A stretch of DNA of 64,000 nt from Nitrospirota bacterium (GCA_963788195.1 CAWBGA010000017.1:96001-160000); one strand, 5' to 3'. Shown: positions 1 to 10,699, numbered from the stretch's first letter. Translations and numbers: made by a program. Notes: a model not told the origin generated them from the letters alone.

Positions 1-588
1 ACCGAGAGGCAGGCCAAGTACAACGATGGTCACCACAGCGCCCGCAACCATCAATCCCATCATGACCCCAGTCAAGCCTGCAACCCCCCACCAGTTTCTG
101 GTAACGACTCGACGACTGGCCTCCAGCGCCTGCCAAGGTGTGAACTTCCGATCGACGATCAGCATATTCGAAAACACATAAGCCACAATTAGATAAATCC
201 CCGGCACAATGAGCATCAAGCCTGCGACGACGAGCAGCAACCCGAGGATCGTGCATATCACTAAATAGCCCGCCGTGGTCCAGTCAGGAAAGAAATCCGT
301 AAACCGTGTCGGACCGCTCCGTCTCTCTTTCCAGACAACCATCGCGATCCCGGCGAGCATAAGCACTTGAATGACGATACTGACAACCTGACCGACACCA
401 CGACCGAGGGTCAAGGCTGCCTGTGACGCCACAGTGAACAGCATCGCAAAGCCGAGGAATCCAGTGGGGTAATGCTTGAAGGTTGCCCAGCCCTCCCGCA
501 GATAATCCAACGATTTGACTTGATATCCCTGAGTAGTTATCTCTTCGATGGATTTGGGAGTAGATGCTATAGGCTCAGCTCCTGTCAT
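1..588 (-). CDS. integral membrane protein (DUF975/DUF2189-like), 3' end outside the window
   Basis: Not in the ORF track; read manually. ATG at 588 follows an AAGGAGGG RBS. The open frame MTGAEPIASTPKSIEEITTQGYQVKSLDYLREGWATFK...IVPGIYLIVAYVFSNMLIVDRKFTPWQALEASRRVV runs to the window edge with several hydrophobic helices. Family label recalled from motif resemblance. Confidence 0.75.
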   Translation of the reverse strand, partial: MTGAEPIASTPKSIEEITTQGYQVKSLDYLREGWATFKHYPTGFLGFAMLFTVASQAALTLGRGVGQVVSIVIQVLMLAGIAMVVWKERRSGPTRFTDFFPDWTTAGYLVICTILGLLLVVAGLMLIVPGIYLIVAYVFSNMLIVDRKFTPWQALEASRRVVTRNWWGVAGLTGVMMGLMVAGAVVTIVVLGLPLG

Positions 589-875
589 TGCGCGCCCCTC
601 CTTGACGCCGCCTTAGAACTCTGAGTTGGTACCTGCGCGACCACCTACATCGCACGACAGCATCGTTTGAGGAGGTGGACATGCATTCAACACTAAGTTT
701 GTTCATGCAGTTGTATAACATTAGTGAGATACCCGTCCTACTAGGAATACCGCATTTGGAGGATACTTTCAAGAATTTCCGATCGGACGCATCTGACAGG
801 CCGCAAATCACCCAATCTTCCCACAGTTCCAAGGCAAGAACGTTCGCACAGTTGGTGCGCGTGCAAGCGAGAAAT

Positions 876-1845
876 TCACTGCACCGTCACCCTCGGGCTG
901 GTCGCGTCGGTCACATACCCAACTCCTGTGACCCAATGCAGCGCCCGCACTTCAAAGGTCCCGGTAGTGGGCAGCACAAAGCTCGTCGTGACCCCGGTGA
1001 GGTTGCCGCTGCGCGTCGTCTGATTGCCCGTCAGATAGACCCAGTTCAAGCTTTGGCTGTTCGCCGTGCCCGTGGCAAACAGGGCCACGATGTTGCTGTC
1101 GTTGGCGGCCAGATTCGCGGCGACCACGGTGATCGAGCTCCCCGCCGATACCGTGATCGGCGTACTGCTCCCGTTCACGGTCAAGGTGCCCCCACCGGCG
1201 GCACTTTGGGCCGTCACTGTGGGGCTAATAGCGTCGGTCACATACCCAACTCCTGTGACCCAATGCAGCGCCCGCACTTCAAAGGTCCCAGTAGTGGGCA
1301 GCACAAAGCTCGTCGTGACCCCGGTGAGGTTGCCGCTGCGCGTCGTCTGATTGCCCGTCAGGTAGACCCAGTTCAAGCTTTGGCTGTTCGCCGTGCCCGT
1401 GGCAAACAGGGCCACGATGTTGCTGTCGTTGGCGGCCAGATTCGCGGCGACCACCGTGATCGGGCTCCCCGGCGTCACCGTGATCGGCATACTGCTCCCG
1501 TTCACGGTCAAGGTGCCCCCACCGGCGGCACTTTGGGCCGTCACTGTGGGGCTAATAGCGTCGGTCACATACCCAACTCCTGTGACCCAATGCAGCGCCC
1601 GCACTTCAAAGGTCCCAGTAGTGGGCAGCACAAAGCTCGTCGTGACCCCGGTGAGGTTGCCGCTGCGCGTCGTCTGATTGCCTGTCAGATAGACCCAGTT
1701 CAAGCTTTGGCTGTTCGCCGTGCCCGTGGCAAACAGGGCCACGATGTTGCTGTCGTTGGCGGCCAGATTCGCGGCGACCACCGTGATCGGGCTCCCCGGC
1801 GCCACCGTGATCGGCGTACTGCTCCCGTTGACAGTAAGCGCGGGC
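876..1845 (-). repeat. three near-identical 327-bp intragenic tandem repeats (109 aa)
   Basis: The same sequence recurs at 327-bp spacing, e.g. the parallel shadow ORFs starting at 1066 and 1393. Confidence 0.95.
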
Positions 1846-4526
1846 TGCGTCGCACTCTTAATGCGATAAACCGAACCGGTGGCAGAATATTCGGTCAGGT
1901 AAAGTTCGCCGCCTTGATCCTCTCCAAAGGTGCTGAGCAAGAATGGCAAGTCGAGCAATGGAACGCTCGACCAGACGGCTCCACTGGGAGTGGCGCCCCA
2001 GATCTGTCCGGTGCAGAAATCCCCATAGATGTACGCCCCGCCGAGTCCTGACACTTGTGTGCCCCGATAGCGATACCCGCCGATGACGGTGCAGTCACCG
2101 CTCGCATGCGTGTACTCCAGAATCGGCAATGTCAATGTCCCATCGTTGCAGCCTGAGCTCGGATTGAAACAAGCAGTCCCCTCCATTTTCCGCCAGCCGT
2201 AATTCTCACCACCGGCGCTCGTGGCGGGCTGGAAGTCCACCTCCTCGCGGGCGTTTTGCCCAACGTCGGCGATAAACAGATCTCCCGTGAGGCGGTCGAA
2301 GCTGAATCGCCAGGGGTTACGCAGGCCCAAGGCCCAGATCTCGGGTTTGGCGCCAGCTGTTCCGATGAACGGATTGCTGGACGGAACCGTATAGGGCGAT
2401 CCAGCATTCACATCGATGCGCAACATTTTCCCCAGAAGTTCGCCAAGATTTTGAGCGCGGTTTTCAGGATCGCCGCCTGATCCGCCGTCGCCCATTCCGA
2501 TATAAAGATAACCATCGGGGCCGAACTGCAGTTGTCCGCCCTTGTGATTGGCGTAAGGTTGGGCGATCGTGAGCACCGGCAGCACGGAGTTAAAGTCAGC
2601 GATGTTCGCATTGGCGGAGACCTTATATCGGGCGATTACAGTATTGCCGGCGGTATTGGTATAGTTGACATAAAAGAACCCGTTGCTGAGGTAGTTTGGA
2701 TGAAAGGCCAGGCCTAGCAGCCCGCGCTCGCCACAGCAGGATACAAGTGAAGTCAGATCCAAGAACGCGGTCGGCAAGATTTGCGTCCCATCGTAGATTA
2801 CGATTTTGCCTTCCTGCAAGACGATGAAGAGCCGGCCCGACCCATCGCCGGCATGGGCGATCGACACCGGAAACGCTAAGCCGGGCGCTACCTGTTCGAG
2901 AACAATGCTCGGGAGCGCTGCACTACTGGAAAGCGCCTGCGGGGAGCCGGTGGGTGCCGTCACTTGCCGAAAACTTGCGGTACAGACCTTATCGGTGGTC
3001 ATTCGCACCGACCCACCCGCGCAGTCCGGGTCGCCGCTCCAGCCCGTGAAGGTGAACCCCGTATCCGGCGTTGCTGAGAGCATGACCACTGTGTCCCTCG
3101 GATAGGATTCGCTGCAGTCCACCCCGCACGTGACACCAGAGGGAGCGCTGGTCACAAGCCCCTGCCCGATCTTGCTCATCGACAAGGTAAACCGCGAAGC
3201 CGCCTGCCCAGCAACCAATGCCACCGCTCCCGCTAGGTCAATTCTGGGCTTGACGATCCCGTTCTTGGGATCGCTGAGCGGCACGCCCGTCGCGACCAGC
3301 GCATCAAGAACAGCAGCGACGCTGGCTTGAGGGTTCTTCTGCTTAATAACAGCCCAGGCCCCCGCCACGTGCGGAGCGGCCATCGAGGTTCCGGAGAAGG
3401 ACGTGAAGCCGCCGTCCGGGACGGACGAAAGGATAGACGATCCCGGCGCGAGCAGAGAGAGAAATGAAGCCGAATTTGAAAACGCAGAGACTGCACCGGC
3501 CTTCGTGGTTGACCCTACACCGATGGCGCTGGAGATACACCCGGGTGCGCTGATGCCATTCGGCGCGCCGTTGTTGCCGGCGGCGATCACGGTCGCGATA
3601 CCAACGGACCGGAGCGTATCGATGATCGCCTTCGTCGGAGCGTTGTCCGCATCGCATTCGCTGGCCGAAGTGTAGACATCCCCACCCAGGCTCATGTTGA
3701 CCGCGGCAATGTGGTAGAGATCTCGAAGCTCGTAGACATGTTCCATGGCGGCAATCAGGTCTGACGTGTACGCGAGCGCACAAGGGTTCTCGCCCCCATT
3801 GCACTCGGTTCCCGTGAACTTTGAAAACACCTGAATGGGCATAATCTGGGCGCCCTTGGCCACCCCAGAGAACGTCGCGCCTGCACCGGCAGCAATGCCG
3901 GCGACGAGCGTCCCATGCCGGCACACGCCGGGCGCAAACGTACAGGGCACGCCGGCCCCGGGCTCGAGCTGCACATCCAAACCGTTCGGGCAACTGCCGT
4001 TCCCCGTATAGCAGGCCTCACTCGTGACTTTGCCGGTGAGAAATGGATGCAGCGTGTCCACGCCGGTATCCAGAACGGCCACCACGCTTCCTGAGCCTTC
4101 AAACCCCTGAGTCCAGGCTTGGTTCGCGCCGATGAGGGGAATGCTTTCGGGAAGGGAGGGCCTGAGGAGATGGTCTGCGTAGATAGTCGAGGCCATGGGA
4201 GCAAGGGCGGCAAGCACGTCCGAGCCGCCTTCGACTGCCATGAACGGGATTGACCGGTATTCACGCGCGACACGATGCGAGCGCCCGGCCAGAGCCTTCC
4301 GGACTGCCTCCTTCGCGAGGCCAATGGCACGCCGCTGTCCGGCCACTGCGTCCGCATGGGAGAGGGCTCCCTCCGGAGAAGTCGCAACCTTGAGATGAAC
4401 GAGGAAGCGCCCGGTGGGCACGCGATCCGCTGGAGCAACGGCCTCAACATCGGCGAGCGCGGCCGCGCTAAAGCAGGTGAGGAAAACAATGAGCACGGAA
4501 ACCGAGAGACCTTGGCGCCATCTCAT
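876..4526 (-). CDS. secreted S8 subtilase fused to an InlB-B-like repeat, a PQQ-dependent glucose/sorbosone dehydrogenase-like beta-propeller and three ~109-aa Ig-like repeats
   Basis: Signal peptide and I9-like prodomain. Catalytic motifs VAVLDTG, HGTLVAG and GTSMAAPHVAG. GSDH motifs ERGLLGLAFHP, NHKGGQLQFGPDGYLY and GLRNPWRFSFD. Three C-terminal repeats. Confidence 0.9.
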   Translation of the reverse strand: MRWRQGLSVSVLIVFLTCFSAAALADVEAVAPADRVPTGRFLVHLKVATSPEGALSHADAVAGQRRAIGLAKEAVRKALAGRSHRVAREYRSIPFMAVEGGSDVLAALAPMASTIYADHLLRPSLPESIPLIGANQAWTQGFEGSGSVVAVLDTGVDTLHPFLTGKVTSEACYTGNGSCPNGLDVQLEPGAGVPCTFAPGVCRHGTLVAGIAAGAGATFSGVAKGAQIMPIQVFSKFTGTECNGGENPCALAYTSDLIAAMEHVYELRDLYHIAAVNMSLGGDVYTSASECDADNAPTKAIIDTLRSVGIATVIAAGNNGAPNGISAPGCISSAIGVGSTTKAGAVSAFSNSASFLSLLAPGSSILSSVPDGGFTSFSGTSMAAPHVAGAWAVIKQKNPQASVAAVLDALVATGVPLSDPKNGIVKPRIDLAGAVALVAGQAASRFTLSMSKIGQGLVTSAPSGVTCGVDCSESYPRDTVVMLSATPDTGFTFTGWSGDPDCAGGSVRMTTDKVCTASFRQVTAPTGSPQALSSSAALPSIVLEQVAPGLAFPVSIAHAGDGSGRLFIVLQEGKIVIYDGTQILPTAFLDLTSLVSCCGERGLLGLAFHPNYLSNGFFYVNYTNTAGNTVIARYKVSANANIADFNSVLPVLTIAQPYANHKGGQLQFGPDGYLYIGMGDGGSGGDPENRAQNLGELLGKMLRIDVNAGSPYTVPSSNPFIGTAGAKPEIWALGLRNPWRFSFDRLTGDLFIADVGQNAREEVDFQPATSAGGENYGWRKMEGTACFNPSSGCNDGTLTLPILEYTHASGDCTVIGGYRYRGTQVSGLGGAYIYGDFCTGQIWGATPSGAVWSSVPLLDLPFLLSTFGEDQGGELYLTEYSATGSVYRIKSATQPALTVNGSSTPITVAPGSPITVVAANLAANDSNIVALFATGTANSQSLNWVYLTGNQTTRSGNLTGVTTSFVLPTTGTFEVRALHWVTGVGYVTDAISPTVTAQSAAGGGTLTVNGSSMPITVTPGSPITVVAANLAANDSNIVALFATGTANSQSLNWVYLTGNQTTRSGNLTGVTTSFVLPTTGTFEVRALHWVTGVGYVTDAISPTVTAQSAAGGGTLTVNGSSTPITVSAGSSITVVAANLAANDSNIVALFATGTANSQSLNWVYLTGNQTTRSGNLTGVTTSFVLPTTGTFEVRALHWVTGVGYVTDATSPRVTVQ

Positions 4527-4604
4527 GGCATTTTCTCCAGTGGGGGAATCGCGCCGATCTTTCCTGAATGCGGCAGACAGAACCGGATTTCCCGAAAGGA
4601 AGAT

Positions 4605-5565
4605 TCACTGCACTGTCACTGTGGAACTGATCACGTCGGTTACATATCCCGTCCCCGAGACCCAATGCAGCGCCCGCACTTCAAACGTCCCACTGCCGGG
4701 CAGCACAAAGCTCGTCGTCACGCCTGTCAGGCTCCCGCTGCGCCCCGTCTGATTGCCCGTCAGGAAGACCCAGCTTAGACTCTGGCTGTTCGCTGTGCCC
4801 GTGGCAAACAGGGCCACGATGTTGCTGTCATTGGGGGCCAGATTCGCCGCGACGACGGTAATTGGACTGCCCGCCGATACCGTGATCGGCGTGCTGCTCC
4901 CATTCACGGTCAGGGTGCCCCCGCCGGCACTTTGTGCCGTAACTGTGGGGCTCGTCGCGTCGCTCACATACCCGATCCCCGAGACCCAATGCAGCGCCCG
5001 CACTTCAAACGTCCCACTGCCGGGCAGCACGAAGCTCGTCGTCACACCCGTCAGGCTCCCGCTGCGCGTCGTCTGATTGCCCGTCAGAAAACCCAGCTCA
5101 AACTTTGGCTGTTCGCTGCGCCCGTGCCAAACAGGGCCACAATATTGCTGTCATTGGCGGCCAGATTCGCCGCGACGACAGTGATCGGGCTGCCCGCCGG
5201 TACCGTGATCGGTGTGCTGCTCCCATTCACGGTCACGGTGCCCCCGCCGGCACCTTGCGCCGTAACTGTAGGACTTGTGGCGTCAGTTACATAGCCAACT
5301 CCCGCAACCCAATGCAGCGCCCGCACTTCAAACGTCCCGCTGCCGGGCAGCACAAAGCTCGTCGTCACGCCCGTCAGACTCCCGCTGCGCGTGGTCTGAT
5401 TGCCGGTCAGGAAGACCCAGTTTAGACTCTGGCTGTTGGCGGCGCCGGCGGCAAACAGGGCAACAATATTGCTGTCATTGGGGGCCAGATTTGTCGCGAC
5501 CACACTGATCGGAGTTCCCACCACAGCTGTAATGGGGGCACTGCTCCCGTTGATGGTGAGCCCAG
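4605..5565 (-). repeat. three ~324-bp intragenic repeats homologous to those at 876-1845
   Basis: Repeated peptide TVNGSSTPITV...NDSNIVALF...FVLPGSGTFEVRALHWV. Confidence 0.9.
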
Positions 5566-6907
5566 GGGAAGGCGAAGCCTGCACGGAAAGCATGGCCACT
5601 GCCCCGGCTACATCAATTCTGGGTTTCGCGATCCCGTTTTTGGGATCAGTGAGAGTGACCCCGGTCGACACCAGGGCATCAAGGACCGCTGCCACGCTAG
5701 CTTGAGGATTCTTCTGCTTTAGGACCGCCCAGGCGCCCGTCACATGCGGAGTGGCCATTGAGGTCCCCGAGAATGATGCAAATCCGCCGCCGGGGATAGC
5801 CGAGAGAATGGACGATCCGGGCGCCAGCAGGGAAAGAAACGAGGCGGAATTCGAAAACGAATTGACCGCATCACCCTTGGTGGTTGACCCTACGCTGATG
5901 GCGCTGGAGACGCATGCCGGCGCACTCAGGCCGTTAGGAGCGCCGCTGTTGCCGGCGGCAACCACGGTCGCGATGCCCACGGAACGCAGTGTAGCAACGA
6001 TTGCCTTGATGGGACCGTTGTCGGCGTCACACTCGTCGGTCGAGTGGTAGACTCGGCCTCCCACGCTCATGTTCACGGCGGCAATCTGGTATTGGCCTCT
6101 AAGTTCGTAGACGTGTTCCATCGCGGCAATCAGGTCCGATGTATACGCGAGCGCACAAGGATCCTCGCCGCCGGCGCAGGCACTTCCCGTGAACTTCGAG
6201 AACACTCTGATCGCCATAATGCCGGCTCCGCGCGCCACGCCCGAGAAGGTCGCACCGGATCCGGCAGCAATGCCGGCCACATGCGTCCCATGTCTGCACG
6301 CGGTTGCTGCGAATGTGCACGGGACAGCCGCCCCCGCTCCCACCTGCGTATCCAAGCCATTCTGGCAGTTGTTGTTCCCCGAATAGCACGCTTCGCTGAT
6401 TATTTTGCCGGCAAAAAAAGGATGCGACGAGTCCACCCCGGTATCCAAAATCGCCACAACACTTCCTGAACCGTCAAAGCCCTGGACCCATGCTTGGTTC
6501 GCCCGGATAAGGGGGACACTTTCCGGAAGAGACGGAGCGAAAAGATGGTCCCGGTAGATTCTCGAGGCCATCGGGGCAAGAGCGGCCAGCACATCTGCGC
6601 CTCCTTCGACGGCCATGAACGGGACGGACTCATATTCACGCGCGACTCGATGCACGCGGCCTGCCAGAGCAGCACGCACTTCGTCCTTGGCAAGGCGCAT
6701 GGCCTGGCGCTGTCGGATTACCGCATCGGGGTGGTGAGGAAGAGATTCTTCTGAAGACGCCTCAACCTTGAGTTGCACCAGGTAACGTCCTGACGCTGCC
6801 TGACGGTGCGCGCGGGCAACGGCATCGGGATCAGCAAGCGCGGCCACACTGAGGTTGGTGATGAGAAGGACGAGAACAAGAATAGCGAGCCCTTGGCGCC
6901 TTCTCAT
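4605..6907 (-). CDS. second S8 subtilase paralog with three C-terminal repeats; -1 frameshift at ~5090 (probable assembly error)
   Basis: ORF 5084..6907 (DTG, HGTHVAG, GTSMATPHV) continues in ORF 4605..5045. The repeat copy at 5080-5096 is one base shorter (A4 run, 5088-5091) than its sister copy at 4756-4773. Confidence 0.85.
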
Positions 6908-7281
6908 GGCAGGTTCTCCTGTGGAGGAAGCGCACGATCTTCCTGGATGCGGCGCACGACAGGTGATTGCATCAACCGACGCAACGCCTCAGCGGAAACC
7001 TCCAGAGCTAGAAAAGGCACCGCCTGGTACCGCCGCGTGACTCGGTACGGAGTTCCAGAGATCGCTTGCAAGACCCGTTCCTGGGTTGTATGGATTTCTT
7101 CGGCGGCAGCTTGGAGCTCAACAATGACCCGAACGGTTTCCCCCTTTTCGGCGCGAGCAAGTAAATCTGCCGGCAACACAGTGGTCGAGTTTACCTGGCC
7201 GGCACATGCCATGGTGAGACTCGCGGCTGTAAAAAGGCACACCATCCCCTGGTTGAAAAATTTAGAGGCCAGGCGCTTCAT
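6904..7281 (-). CDS. stand-alone peptidase inhibitor I9 / subtilase-propeptide-like protein, possible lipoprotein
   Basis: C-terminal part of ORF 6904..7680: a hydrophobic leader ending LTMAC, then VRVIVEL...VTRRYQAVPFLALEV...RRIQEDR, which resembles the prodomains of the two adjacent S8 proteins. Its stop overlaps the S8 ATG (ATGA). Start uncertain. Confidence 0.7.
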   Translation of the reverse strand: MKRLASKFFNQGMVCLFTAASLTMACAGQVNSTTVLPADLLARAEKGETVRVIVELQAAAEEIHTTQERVLQAISGTPYRVTRRYQAVPFLALEVSAEALRRLMQSPVVRRIQEDRALPPQENLP

Positions 7282-7381
7282 AGCTTGCATGGTTGGGAGG
7301 AAAAGGCGGGAGCTGCTTGCGGCCATGCCGCAGTATGGCATGGTTCTCCGGAAACCGGGAGGGTCAGGCCTTGGCCGGGAA

Positions 7382-7759
7382 CTACAAATGCCCTCGGGCG
7401 CGCGCCTCCGCTTCGACGCGCCGTGACTCCTCCTGCCGTTCCGGCACTTTCTTCTTGGCCCACGCCTCCCAGTCTTTGCCGGAAGCCGTATCCTCGCCAG
7501 ATAATTGGACAGCGACGACGTCGGCGTAAAGGATAGGGCGGGGGGCACTTTGTCCCTTGATATACATGTGAAGGCAGGGCGAGTCGACGTCAACGTCGCG
7601 ATTAAAAAGATAGCCCTCCACACATTCACCCGATTGTAAGTGGAGAGCAACGTCCCCCCTGTAATGGAAGGCTTCTTCAATCAGCCGGGACAGTTCAGCC
7701 TGCCTTTGCGGGCGAACCATGAGCGGTTCTGGTGGGGACGGGGCGGGGGAAGGGTCCAT
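7382..7759 (-). CDS. hypothetical protein downstream of hpnH
   Basis: 125-aa ORF beginning 15 bp after the hpnH stop on the same strand; protein-like composition. Confidence 0.7.
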   Translation of the reverse strand: MDPSPAPSPPEPLMVRPQRQAELSRLIEEAFHYRGDVALHLQSGECVEGYLFNRDVDVDSPCLHMYIKGQSAPRPILYADVVAVQLSGEDTASGKDWEAWAKKKVPERQEESRRVEAEARARGHL

Positions 7760-7774
7760 TGGTATGCAGTTTCG

Positions 7775-8791
7775 CTATCGTGCCGAAGGGGACAATGTCG
7801 CTCTCACTGTCCTGCCGAATCCCCTCCACGAACCGAAGGTGTCGTTGACGGCGGAGGCTTCGTAGCCGCAGTGCACCATGCAATCGGCGCACTTTTCGTG
7901 CCGGCCACTTCCGTAATCTTCCCATTTGGTATCTTCGAGAAGCTCTCGAAAACTGGAGGCATAGCCCTCTTGCAGGAGATAACAGGGTTTCTGCCAGCCG
8001 AAGATATTATACGTGGGGTTTCCCCACGGAGTGCACTGATAGTCGATTTTTCCCATCAGAAAATCCAAAAACAGCGGTGACTGGTTGAACCGCCACCCTT
8101 TTCTCGGTTCGTGTAGAATCCGAGAAAACAATTCGCGTGTCCGATTTCGTTTGAGAAAGTTCTTCTGATCCGGCGCCTTGTCATAGCTGTAACCAGGCGA
8201 GATCATCATCCCTTCAACGCCGAGGTCCATCATTGCATCAAAGAAGTTTCGCACACCGTCGGGGTCGGCATCGTTGAAGACCGTCGTATTGGTAGTTACG
8301 CGGAACCCGCGCTTCAGAGCCGCCCGAATCGCCTTCACCGCAACATCGTACACACCGTCCCGGCAAACCGCCAAGTCATGCTCTGTTTTCAGACCATCCA
8401 TATGCACGCTGAAGGTCAAAAATTTCGACGGCGTGTATTCGTGAAGTTTGCGCTCCATGAGAATCGCGTTGGTGCACAAATACACATACTTCTTACGCTC
8501 GACCAAACCTTTCACGATCGTGGACATTTCCGGGTGAATCAGAGGCTCCCCACCGGGGATGCTGACGATGGGGGCGCCGCACTCATCCGCAGCCTTCCAA
8601 CACTGCTCAGGTGTCAAGCGCCGATCCAGGACATGATCCGGATACTGAATCTTTCCACAGCCGGCACAGGCCAGATTGCAACGAAACAGAGGTTCCAGCA
8701 TGAGGACCAACGGATAGCGCTCTACGCCTTTCAGCCTCTGAGTAAGCACATATTTCGTAACCGTGAACATCTGAGAGATCGGAACAGCCAC
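7775..8791 (-). CDS. hpnH: adenosyl-hopene transferase, radical SAM
   Basis: [26 protein letters not shown] (CxxxCxxC) and [11 protein letters not shown], typical of HpnH. Confidence 0.93.
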   Translation of the reverse strand: MAVPISQMFTVTKYVLTQRLKGVERYPLVLMLEPLFRCNLACAGCGKIQYPDHVLDRRLTPEQCWKAADECGAPIVSIPGGEPLIHPEMSTIVKGLVERKKYVYLCTNAILMERKLHEYTPSKFLTFSVHMDGLKTEHDLAVCRDGVYDVAVKAIRAALKRGFRVTTNTTVFNDADPDGVRNFFDAMMDLGVEGMMISPGYSYDKAPDQKNFLKRNRTRELFSRILHEPRKGWRFNQSPLFLDFLMGKIDYQCTPWGNPTYNIFGWQKPCYLLQEGYASSFRELLEDTKWEDYGSGRHEKCADCMVHCGYEASAVNDTFGSWRGFGRTVRATLSPSAR

Positions 8792-8979
8792 ATTTACCCC
8801 ACGCGTCGGTTTGAGTCAGTGATATGAAACGGTTTCGTACTTCGAAAGACTTTACCATCTCCGCTGTCCCTGAATCAATCACCAATCACAATCACTCAAA
8901 CGCACAAATAATTAAGTACCTGCAAAGAGCGGTGGATGGCAGAGCGACGAAGTGATATATTTTCACGAAAGGAGGTCGT

Positions 8980-9378
8980 ATGCTCATTCACCGCGCTATT
9001 ATGCTGGGGTTGTTCGCAATCATCGCAGTGGTACCTGCACTGGCGGCAGAAAAAGTCGATCTCTCGGGAGAATGGGAGATCGAAGAAGAAGAGCGGTCTT
9101 ATATCGCGACCCTTGATGCCGGGGGAAGTGGCACCTATACGTGGCAGAATGGCCAGATCACTACCATCTCGTTTGTGGACGGACGATGGCAGGGCACCTG
9201 GCATCAGACCGGCAACGACCGCGAAGGCGGCTTTGACATCGTCCTCTCGGCAGACCGTAGTCGCGCAGAAGGCAAATGGTGGTACATCCGCGTCGGGCAG
9301 CAGAACATCCCACCCGGAGAATGGGGTGGTCCTTTTGTGTGGAAGCGGCTCTCCCCAATTCCAGCCTCATCTCCATAA
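8980..9378 (+). CDS. secreted hypothetical protein (beta-rich)
   Basis: AAGGAGG RBS, signal peptide ending ALA, motif DLSGEW. Confidence 0.8.
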   Translation: MLIHRAIMLGLFAIIAVVPALAAEKVDLSGEWEIEEEERSYIATLDAGGSGTYTWQNGQITTISFVDGRWQGTWHQTGNDREGGFDIVLSADRSRAEGKWWYIRVGQQNIPPGEWGGPFVWKRLSPIPASSP

Positions 9379-9655
9379 TCGCCGCGATAAAGAATCGCTC
9401 CTGTATATCGGTTCCGATACGAGGCGGACCGCTACGGATACAGCTGTACCCTCAGTCTCCGCGTTCGCTAATCTCGGATTCGGCCTGTCTTCATTCGTAT
9501 CTCTTTGAGATTGTTTGTTTCGGGTGCCCGCTGCGCAAACCTGGTACAAGCATTGCTCATCTCTGTAAACAAACCTAGGGACCCAAAGAACAAACGCGGA
9601 CCCGTCGCCAGGAAAATAAATCTGTCCCCTTTTCAGATAACCTGCGGAGGACTCC

Positions 9656-10699
9656 TTGCAGCACAACGATCATGAGACCGAAAACGTTTTAGCTTGCCTA
9701 CCAAGCCCGATCTTCCTGGTCGATCAGCAACAGCGGGTTGTCTATGCGAATTCACTCGCCCTGCAACATTTCGGCCGATCAGAATCTTCCATGTGTGGAC
9801 GCCCGATTTATGAGATCCTGCCGGTTCAGCATTTCTTAGGCCCCTCGAACTGGCGCGCTCGACCTGTCGGAGAATTCAATGCGCATACAAGGGTCTACCA
9901 GTATCGCTTCTTTCCGGTTGATGTGAATGGCAAGGCGGAGACCGGGATCGTTATCTTGGACATCACCGAGCAGAAGCAATTGCAGGATCAACTGATCCAA
10001 GCCGAAAAACTGTCCGCCCTGGGCATGCTGGTTTCCAGCATGGCTCATGAAATGAATACTCCTCTGCATGGGATACTTGCCATGGCGGAACTGATTCTCG
10101 AAGAGAGTGACCCGGAAACAATCAGGGAATACGCCCGAGATATCGCAGGCTATTCCAAACATGCGGCGGCCGTGGTGCGTGAGCTCGCCTGCTACTCCCA
10201 TCCCGCTTCAGGCGACCCAGAGCTGACGATCGATCTCAACGAACGGCTGGACGCGGCGGTAAAAATGGTCCGTCGCAACCCGCATTTCGGGGATATCCAA
10301 GTGATCCGGGACTTTCGGTTGCTACCCGGGATCCGAGTGCGACGATGCGAGATCGATCAGGTCTTTGTGAATCTGATCACCAATGCCGTCCAAGCCATGG
10401 CCGGTCATGGTTGCCTCACGCTCACCACCCGCGCGAACTGCAGTGACGTCTCGGCGAGCGTCACCGACACAGGCGGCGGCATTTCGAACGCGCATCTGAC
10501 ACAAATTTTCGATCCGTTTTTTACAACCAAGGATCCTGACGCGGGCACCGGCCTAGGTCTGAGCGTCGTTTACACGATCGTGTCGAAGTACGATGGCAGG
10601 GTGAGCGTCGATACCGAGGAAGGCAAAGGGACAACCTTCACGGTTCATTTTCCGATGATGAGGTCTGCTCACAGGGAGGCCAATGATGGAATCGCATGA
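9656..10699 (+). CDS. PAS-domain sensor histidine kinase
   Basis: GGAGG RBS before TTG; PAS domain; H-box AHEMNTPL; N-box [26 protein letters not shown]. Confidence 0.92.
   Translation: MQHNDHETENVLACLPSPIFLVDQQQRVVYANSLALQHFGRSESSMCGRPIYEILPVQHFLGPSNWRARPVGEFNAHTRVYQYRFFPVDVNGKAETGIVILDITEQKQLQDQLIQAEKLSALGMLVSSMAHEMNTPLHGILAMAELILEESDPETIREYARDIAGYSKHAAAVVRELACYSHPASGDPELTIDLNERLDAAVKMVRRNPHFGDIQVIRDFRLLPGIRVRRCEIDQVFVNLITNAVQAMAGHGCLTLTTRANCSDVSASVTDTGGGISNAHLTQIFDPFFTTKDPDAGTGLGLSVVYTIVSKYDGRVSVDTEEGKGTTFTVHFPMMRSAHREANDGIA

Noticed and set aside
675..2051. 458-aa plus-strand ORF with three repeats
   Set aside because: Antisense shadow of the S8 C-terminal repeats; Arg/Gly-rich with no recognisable motif.
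876..5565. S8 repeats as a diversity-generating retroelement TR/VR pair
   Set aside because: All copies are in-frame coding, differences are not visibly adenine-specific, and there is no reverse transcriptase in the window.
7282..7680. N-terminal half of the 258-aa ORF 6904..7680
   Set aside because: It overlaps the better-supported 7382..7759 gene in another frame. Only the I9-like C-terminal half looks real.
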